NCBI GenBank assembly: GCA_900321715.1
Contig: ONXC01000008.1
Span: 17,677 to 81,676 of the forward strand
Reading direction: 5' to 3'
Length of the DNA: 64,000 nt
Origin: an uncultured Bacteroidales bacterium
Lineage (GTDB): Bacteria; Bacteroidota; Bacteroidia; Bacteroidales; UBA932
Shown here: positions 57,462 to 64,000 of the stretch, piece after piece
How positions within the stretch are numbered: the stretch's first letter is position 1
Layout of the letters: every line of letters begins with the position of its first letter
Made by a program: the position numbers and the translations under genes
The notes under the pieces: model-generated
Databases searched by the model: none
What the model saw: the letters and a program-made list of their open reading frames with translations, nothing else
Told to the model about the DNA's origin: nothing

Positions 57462-60400
57462 ATGAAAAAGACATTGAAATACATATCCCTTTTGACTGCG
57501 CTGCTTGTAGGTTTTACCGGCTGCGTAAAAGAGCAATGGGAAATTGAGAAGAATAACGGAGAGGAACTTCCTTATCCTTCTGACGGCAAAGCACTGATCA
57601 AATTCACCGTGGCCGTTCCTGGCGGCTATGCCAGCACCAAGGCCAATCTGGCCGACACTCCCACCATCGAGAACATGCAGGTTGTGGTCTTCGGTTCATC
57701 CGGCTTCCTCAAGGAATGTGCCGGCATCGAAACCTTCGAGTCTGCCACCACAAACGGCAATACTACCCTCTACACCTATCAGGCAAAGATATCGATTACG
57801 GATTCCAAGAACCTGAAGGTCCATATCATTGCAAACCTTGGAGACGTAAAGCTTCCCTGGAAGTATGACACCGAGGTCATGACCAAGTATGCCTACACTT
57901 CCAATAACCAGGATGCATACTGGGCAAGTTTCATCCTTCCCAACGGCGTTACCCTCAAAAAGGAATGGGATGCCGAGACCCAGTCCATGGTATACGTAAA
58001 GGATGGCGACTATTATCAGGTAACCGATGATGTCACTGACGCTTTTTGCGGCGGTACCGGCCGTCCCGGCCTTCCCCTTGTGCGTAACTTCGCCAAGATC
58101 AGCATTCAGTCCACAACCCCCCAGTTTGTCCTTGATAAAGTCAAGACTCTGGCGATAATCAACAAGCCCGACCGCGGCAGCGTTGCTCCTTATAATCCTG
58201 ACAACGGAAACTTTATCTACGGCTATAAGGACATCACATACGCGGACATGAGGTCTGACTATCCCGGCTATTCTCCTTCAGGGACACAGTATGTAGATAC
58301 AGACCCCGACGCTACATCCATAGCTTGGGGCACCGGTACCGGAGATGGAGAAGAGATTGTGAGCGCCGTCTACATGTATGAAAGGCCTGTTCCCGCTGCC
58401 GGCGAACCTGTTTCGTACATGATTGTTCACGGCACCTTCTATCCTTTCAAGGAAAAGTATTTTGATGACGGACAGCCAAATACATGGAAAACCGACGAAA
58501 GGGCTACTCCGGGCACATATCTGGACCTCGCCAACGGCGTTGAATGCTATTATAAGGTAGACTTCAAGGACGAAGAAGGCGCGTACGCCATCTTCCGTAA
58601 CTTCCGCTATCACATCCGTATAACCAACGTTGCCAAGGCCGGTGCAGAAACCGCAGGTGCAGCAGGTTCCACGGGTGGTACCGGTGATATCTCCCAGGAC
58701 CAGTCCGTCGCCGGCCTTACCGACTTCTCCGACGGCTACGGACGTATCGCCGTCTCCCACACCGGCTGGACCTTCGTAGAAGGCCGTGCCGAATTCGAAC
58801 TCAAGTACAAGTTCATTGAGGATGCTGTAAAAGGTGACGACAGCGCAAACAACGCCCTTGTATCAGAAGGTGGTCCCGTTACCATTACAATCGGCGCCAA
58901 GACCGGCCCCGTGAACGTTATCAGCACTACGCTGGATCCATCAATTTCATCGGAGACAGGAACTACTATAGACGCCGGGGCCAACGGTGTAATCAGGGTT
59001 ATGGGCGCATCCGATGCTAAGGATGGCGAAGGTTTCCGTACCATCAAGTTCACGGTAAACACCCCGGACCTTAAAGACATAACCACCCAGACCATCCACA
59101 TCAGCGGCAAGGTCAACGAGACCAGCACCCTTTCCCGCGACGTCAAATACTACCTCATGCCCCGCCAGAACATGATAGTTGAATGCATTGCCGATGAGGT
59201 CAATCCTGATTATGGCGAGGACTACGTAGAAAAAACCGCAGGAGAAGGCATCAACGTGAGGATTACCATCCCCAAGATGCTCCCTGAGAGCATGACGTCC
59301 TTTCCATCACGCCTAATACTGCCAAGTATCCTGAGGACAACCTCCCCGTTGCCAGCGGAAACAGTATCTGCACCGGAAAGGAATCCAGCAAGTCCTTCCA
59401 CTATGTCCGTACTCTTAGCTACACTGAGTATCAGACTCTGGACGAGACTCTGGACGGCATTCAGTTCACCTGCCACTTCAAGACCAACAAGGCAGAAAGC
59501 GCCAGCAATATATTCGTAGACAACCAGTATTTCAACAAAGGAAATGACAGTTTCTACAATTATACCATGTACAACTTCAGGAATCTGGACTTCTCCAATA
59601 ACAGCGCCGGAGCCAATACCAACGTCAACTTTACCTTCTATCTGGATGACGCCGACTCCTATCCTTCATCAGGTCGTACAGTTGAAGTAAAACTTGACGG
59701 ACTTATCCCTCAGGATGGCGCAGGCCTTAATACGGAGGACTTTGATGCCGGCATTTATTCTTACACCATCCAGGGTGGCTCAAGATATGCCACACTGGCA
59801 CTCAAGACCATTAGCACGGCTGCAGGATTCGACAACACCTACTCCGTAACGCTCAATGCATACGACGCCGCAACGGCTATCTATCATGAAGCCTCCCACG
59901 GCAACGTAGCCCAGAGAATTACCATAGATCCGGATTCCTACACAATGCATGTTGGAGACAAGAAGACACTCACGGCAACTGTATGGCCCGCCAGCACCGG
60001 AACCGGAAGCCTTTCTTGGACTTCATCTAACAACTCCGTTGCAACAGTAGATGCCAACGGCAAGGTCACTGCTGTAGCTTTAGGTACAGCAAACATCACC
60101 GCCTCACAAAACGGCATGTCTGCCACCTGCGTCATCACAGTTGCAGGCATTTCCCTGAACAAGACCTCCACAAAGATTCTAATAGGCGGTACCGAACAGC
60201 TCACTGCCACAGTGTATCCTTCCGCCTCATATACCTGGACCAGTTCCAACCCTGCCGTTGCCACTGTCTCCAGCACCGGTCTAGTCACCGCCGTGGCCAA
60301 GGGCACAACCACCATTACGGTGACCACCGAAGATGGCGGCTACACCGCAAGTTGTACAGTGAGGGTTGGTGTAAGGAAAACTGTTACAACCTCAGCAATA

Positions 60401-60817
60401 AACACGAATTCAGGAACCTTCAATATCAATAATGGTGAAGGTTCATTAACTGCTCAGGGGCTGAAAATTGATGTGGGAATTGCATACAACTCAACGGCTA
60501 ACTACCTTGAAATGGGACTCCGTTATAACCGCCGGGATTATAATGGAACCTTGAGCATATCTTCTTCTGAGACATTAGATGATTTCTCTATCACGGGTGT
60601 TAATTTCACCTATACCGAATACAACTATGCTCAAGGAGCAGTTACTCCTTCTACCGGAACCTATACTAGACCGGCGAACAACGCAACAACCGCATCCTGG
60701 TCTGGAAGCGCAACATCGTCGTTGACCTTTACCATGGCGCCAAGAACACAAGGTAACACCAGGTACTGGAACAGACTAAGGAGCATCGTAGTCACATACA
60801 CGTATACCGAGTATTAG
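57462..60817 (+). pseudogene. Frameshifted tip-associated pilin with two Big_2 (Ig-like) domains
   Basis: Lipobox FTGC; STKA; PLVRNFAKI; IFRNFRY. After LPESM (59294), homology to the 26461 paralog continues in another frame (DVLSITP...NLPV...VRTLS...FKTN) and runs straight into ORF 59567-60817, which has WTSSN..VATV repeats. Confidence 0.8.
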
Positions 60818-60827
60818 TCACAAAACC

Positions 60828-60860
60828 TCTCCCGGACCTCACGGCCCGGGAGATTTGTTT
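60828..60860 (+). terminator. Intrinsic terminator ending operon C (possibly bidirectional)
   Basis: TCTCCCGG-A-CC-TCAC-GG-C-CCGGGAGA hairpin, followed by TTTGTTT and preceded by CAAAA. Confidence 0.7.
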
Positions 60861-60869
60861 ATCGGCCCC

Positions 60870-61862
60870 CTACTCCACCTTCAGCAGGTACGCATCGGAG
60901 TAAGGAATAATCTCCATCTGGGAATAATGCTCCTGCCAGGCGTTCTCCCTGTGGCTCAACTCCACAACCTCACTGGTAGACAGCGCCCCAAGAAGCCTCT
61001 CCACAGCCTCCAGGGTACGCTGCTCATTGGCAGAAAAGATGGAAATATCGGCCTTGGAACTGCTTAAAAACGACACCTGCTCAACATCTCCGGCCAGAAC
61101 TACAGATTTCTCCAGGCCGGGGATGTTGTCATATACCGTTGAGTAATGCACCGGCACAGGACCATAGTGAATAGCCTGATAGCGGAGACCGCTGATAGAG
61201 ATGCCGTAATGCTTGAAATGAAGGAAATCAGCGTAAAACATCATCTTGTTCAGCTTGGTTATCCCAACGCTTTCTGAAGCGAAAAACTTCACCATCTCCT
61301 CCACCTTCCGGTGACAGAACATCCCGAAACCATTTTCAATGGACCGGCTGGTCCCACGGTACATAATAGAATCCCGGTCCGGAAGAACATCCGTGTCAGG
61401 GCTGGTTTGAACAGCCCTGAGAATGGTTCTGAACTCATCCGGCTCAAAAATCTCCTCCAAATCCTTCAGGAGAGTAAGCGTTACGGATTTCCTCCGGAGC
61501 ACGGCAATAAGGCGCCCGTTGGAATCCGACGGAACCTGCCCGCCCTCATACCGGGCCCACTGATTCACTCCAAACCCAAGGAGTTTCCCTATCTGGGACT
61601 GATTAAGGCCGTATCTCTTCCTGATGGATGCAATCTCATCCGGAAACGGGATTCCGTGCTTAATCCTGTACTGGGCATACAAGTCATTGAGAGTGGAGTC
61701 ATCCTGTTCAGTAGTTGTGAACTCCTGCCCTGTGTCTTCACAGACATAGTATTTGGAATGCACAAGGTAGTTCTCCCCGCGGAAACTCATAGTCTCCTGC
61801 TTGAAAACCTCCCTGACTTTCCCGCCGGTAAAAGGACTGGTAATTACAACGTTTTCACTCAT
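60870..61862 (-). CDS. Antitoxin: MqsA-like N-terminus and HTH fused to a SocA/Panacea (DUF4065) domain
   Basis: SPFTGG...FRGE...YYVCEDTGQEFTT; HTH IRKRYGLNQSQIGKLLGFG..W.RYE.G; TKLNKMMFYADF...YQAIHYGPVP...ELSH.E.AW. Confidence 0.82.
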   Translation of the reverse strand: MSENVVITSPFTGGKVREVFKQETMSFRGENYLVHSKYYVCEDTGQEFTTTEQDDSTLNDLYAQYRIKHGIPFPDEIASIRKRYGLNQSQIGKLLGFGVNQWARYEGGQVPSDSNGRLIAVLRRKSVTLTLLKDLEEIFEPDEFRTILRAVQTSPDTDVLPDRDSIMYRGTSRSIENGFGMFCHRKVEEMVKFFASESVGITKLNKMMFYADFLHFKHYGISISGLRYQAIHYGPVPVHYSTVYDNIPGLEKSVVLAGDVEQVSFLSSSKADISIFSANEQRTLEAVERLLGALSTSEVVELSHRENAWQEHYSQMEIIPYSDAYLLKVE

Positions 61863-62200
61863 TTGAACTTGTACTTAATAGGTTTCTCCGCTACGTGAAA
61901 CGAGATACAGATGGTTTTGCTGTTGGGGCTTCCCATAGCGATTTTTATATATAACTGCTTACCGTCAAAGTCTTTTCCAAAAACCCACATTTCTCCGCAA
62001 CCCAGAATGGTGCTCTCCAGGGTTTCCACAAAGTCCTCAACTACTAGGCTCCTAATAATCTGTTCCCTATAAGAAGCGTTTATGGACAACTCCTTCAGGG
62101 CCTCCAGATTCTTCTCCCTATTGAGGAATATGATTCCCCATATATCCATCTTTGGGAAGAACTGAGACAGAAACCGTTGAACATCATCCCTTGTTAGCAT
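61859..62200 (-). CDS. MqsR-like (RelE-fold) toxin
   Basis: REKN...MWVFGK....LYIKI......CISFH motif; 113 aa; ATGA overlap with the antitoxin gene. Confidence 0.8.
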   Translation of the reverse strand: MLTRDDVQRFLSQFFPKMDIWGIIFLNREKNLEALKELSINASYREQIIRSLVVEDFVETLESTILGCGEMWVFGKDFDGKQLYIKIAMGSPNSKTICISFHVAEKPIKYKFK

Positions 62201-62210
62201 ATCTTTTTTG

Positions 62211-62252
62211 CAAATGTAGCGCTTTTTGGCGGAATAACAAACCTTTTAGTTG
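62211..62252 (-). promoter_or_regulatory. Toxin-antitoxin operon promoter with an overlapping MqsA-box-like site
   Basis: TTTG (62241-62238), 19 nt, TACATTTG (62218-62211); AACCT-TTT-AGTTG at 62240-62252. Confidence 0.6.
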
Positions 62253-62306
62253 TTTATTTATAAATATTGCAACCTTAAAGTGAAAGAGTGGCGCGGTAAG
62301 ACATCT

Positions 62307-62441
62307 TTGCCGCCAATCCAGCCAGAACGCCTACAAGGTAGTTTTTGCGGATTGGCGGCAAGCATAATGCCCGAAAACGCTGAATTCGCTGCCGCCAATC
62401 CAAATTATCGGCCTTACGTGACGTCAAACTGGATTCGCGGC
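62307..62441. repeat. Four-arm alternating inverted-repeat array, core GCCGCCAATCC/GGATTGGCGGC
   Basis: Arms at 62309-62319, 62349-62359, 62391-62401 and 62431-62441 (last arm has mismatches); 29-nt spacers; period 82 nt. Confidence 0.8.
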
Positions 62442-62722
62442 GCTGAGCAGCCTTGCAGCATACACGCCCAGCCAAACTTCCGCACTATCTCCTTCAGAAG
62501 GTTCCGGTCCCGCACGGGGATGGTCACAGGGATGGTCTCCCGCTGGTTTTCGCGTCTGAAGGTTCATCCACATATCGGCAGGAATACCCAAAGCCTTCTC
62601 AAGAGCAACGGCCATATTCACCGACGCCTTGATCCCGGTCATCTCCGCCAGCCGCTTCTGGGTCAGTCCCCTGGCCCTAAGTTCTTCCCTTATCAGTTCA
62701 CCGGGATGGGTGGCAATTCATA
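62424..62722 (-). pseudogene. higA: Decayed HigA-family antitoxin
   Basis: IATHPGELIREELRARGLTQKRLAEMTGIKAS|VNMAVALEKALGIPADMWMNLQT. The ATG is out of frame, the recognition-helix segment is missing, and the probable tail (ETIPVTIPVRDRNLLKEIVRKFGW) is in another frame. Confidence 0.75.
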
Positions 62723-62906
62723 GTTTTGTGAATAATTCGCATTTTACTTTGGAGACCTTTCTCCCTCTGGGCAAAAGTTAGTCTCCTTTGCAATATTATG
62801 CGAGTGGAGGTTAAGTTATTGATATTCAGAAGATTGCAAGATTCTTTGGGAAAAGATTTAATACCAAACAAACCAGTAAGTCGCTGATTATTAGCGACAT
62901 AAGCCC

Positions 62907-62958
62907 CACCGCATCGGCATTACAATATGTGCACCGCGTCGGCATTACAATATGTGCA
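62907..62958. repeat. 25-bp tandem duplication, 2 copies, 1 mismatch
   Basis: CACCGC(A/G)TCGGCATTACAATATGTG at 62907-62931 and 62932-62956. Confidence 0.9.
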
Positions 62959-62996
62959 TAAGTGCGCCAGATAGCGGTACTTCGCAATTTTTTTCT

Positions 62997-63004
62997 TATA
63001 TTTG
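62997..63004 (+). promoter_or_regulatory. -7 promoter box 6 nt upstream of the ATG (near-leaderless transcript)
   Basis: TATATTTG 62997-63004; ATG at 63011. Confidence 0.5.
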
Positions 63005-63010
63005 GAAATT

Positions 63011-64000
63011 ATGAGAAAAACCTTACTGGCAATAGTCATTACAGTCCTTGGCGGGGCCCTTACGGCCGCGGCCCAGAACAATCCGTATCAGATTGATGAC
63101 AAGTGCTACGAATACTTCAAGCGCGCAGAAATGCTTATCGGCCAGGAAGGATTCCAGGAAGTCAACGACTCCCTTCTTCTTGCCGCAAAGGCTGCCGGTG
63201 ACAAGAAGGCGGAAACCCTGTATTATGTAGATCGTCTGAGGGATGCCACAAGGCATATCCCTAACCATACCGCCACTACGGATGCCCAGGACCGGGAAAT
63301 CCTGAATATGCAGGAGGAACTCAAGGCCATCGCCGACAAAAACGGATACCCCCAGTATTTCTACTACTCCTATGAGATAGTCCAGAACTATTTCTACAAC
63401 CACGACAAAATTATCCGCACAATGGAGATCCTCCAGGACCTCCAGAGGGAAGCCCAGCAAAGGAACGACACTTACGGAATGTGGATGAGCCAGCGCTATA
63501 TGGTGGCCCTCTACGTTTCCCAGGGAGACTACATAAACGCAAAACCCTATATCCTCAAGGCCATCCAGGTGTACAATGAATCCAAGGATCCGGTTGTTAG
63601 GCGCCAGACATTATCACGCCTGTACTGTGACCTCTCAGACACCTATGTGATTGGCGCAGACTCCGTGAAAATAAATGTGGACAAGGCCGTCAAGACCGCT
63701 GTCACCCATCTGGACAGCCTACGCTGCATTTACCACCTTGCAAAGATAGCAGCCTACGAAAGACACAGCGACGAATTCCACTACCACAGGGACTACTGCC
63801 TCCGTGACCCTCAGATCTCTACCGTCAGTAACACGGCTCCCCTGGTGCTCCGCACCCTTGACGCCATAATTGACGGCCATTTCGACTCCAACTCCATCAG
63901 TAACCTTGCCGTAGCCAACACAAGGGAAATCAAGTACATTGCCAACGTAGCGGAAAAATATGACTACAAGGAGCAGGGATTTGAGATTGAAAGGCTCCTG
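63011..64000 (+). CDS. Secreted helical/TPR-like protein, 3'-truncated (possibly the sensor part of a histidine kinase or regulator)
   Basis: Absent from the ORF track because no stop is reached in the window. Reads MRKTLLAIVITVLGGALTAAAQNNPYQIDDKCYEYFKRAE... with a signal peptide and helical repeats; any catalytic domain lies beyond the window. Confidence 0.65.
   Translation, partial: MRKTLLAIVITVLGGALTAAAQNNPYQIDDKCYEYFKRAEMLIGQEGFQEVNDSLLLAAKAAGDKKAETLYYVDRLRDATRHIPNHTATTDAQDREILNMQEELKAIADKNGYPQYFYYSYEIVQNYFYNHDKIIRTMEILQDLQREAQQRNDTYGMWMSQRYMVALYVSQGDYINAKPYILKAIQVYNESKDPVVRRQTLSRLYCDLSDTYVIGADSVKINVDKAVKTAVTHLDSLRCIYHLAKIAAYERHSDEFHYHRDYCLRDPQISTVSNTAPLVLRTLDAIIDGHFDSNSISNLAVANTREIKYIANVAEKYDYKEQGFEIERLL

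Noticed and set aside
9583-60817. A complete diversity-generating retroelement in the window
   Set aside because: No reverse transcriptase or Avd-like ORF, and no near-identical template/variable repeat pair seen; the three tip C-termini are old protein-level paralogs.
59567-60817. Independent Big_2 protein
   Set aside because: No signal peptide, and its frame is open back to 59294 with homology to the paralog, so it is the tail of the frameshifted gene.
6663-62722. Integrative or conjugative element, prophage, or polysaccharide utilisation locus
   Set aside because: No integrase, relaxase, transfer, phage, SusC/SusD or glycoside hydrolase genes were recognised.
4407-62958. CRISPR array in the spaced or tandem repeats (4407, 15055, 62307, 62907)
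   Set aside because: Only two units each, either tandem without spacers or alternating in orientation; no cas genes.
1-64000. Many overlapping and antisense ORFs in the track (e.g. 10948-11829, 14651-15466, 33211-34116, 44397-45314, 62250-62723, 63023-63460)
   Set aside because: They shadow well-supported genes on the other strand or frame and have no recognisable motifs.

Overview
Chromosomal segment of a Bacteroidales bacterium (inferred from TAnnTTTG/TTTG promoters, A-rich leaders without Shine-Dalgarno sites, and fimbrillin and DUF3575 families). The left end carries the alpha-2-macroglobulin (5'-truncated) plus pbpC pair. About 54 kb (6663-60817) is a type V (Fim/Mfa-like) pilus super-locus with 24 pilin-type lipoproteins. 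They sit in three paralogous operons, A (23557->9583, -), B (39590->24813, -) and C (43317->60817, +), plus one pilin in a regulatory operon. Each operon starts with an OmpA-like/DUF3575 outer-membrane protein, contains one Mfa2/FimB-like anchor, and ends with a WRLPT...RCV (C-type-lectin-like) tip candidate and a partner. Three membrane-bound AraC regulators, a stand-alone receiver and a fourth DUF3575 gene are interspersed. All 21 non-anchor pilins carry a Thr-Lys motif at the expected maturation site. Conserved non-terminator hairpins punctuate the six-gene fimbrillin array. Several lesions are visible: an in-frame DUF3575::anchor fusion, two frameshifted pilins and a 60-bp duplication. The right end has an MqsR/MqsA-SocA-like toxin-antitoxin pair, a decayed higA, palindromic arrays and the start of a secreted sensor-like gene. 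No rRNA, tRNA, CRISPR, integrase or reverse transcriptase was seen. All family assignments come from motif recognition by eye, not database searches.
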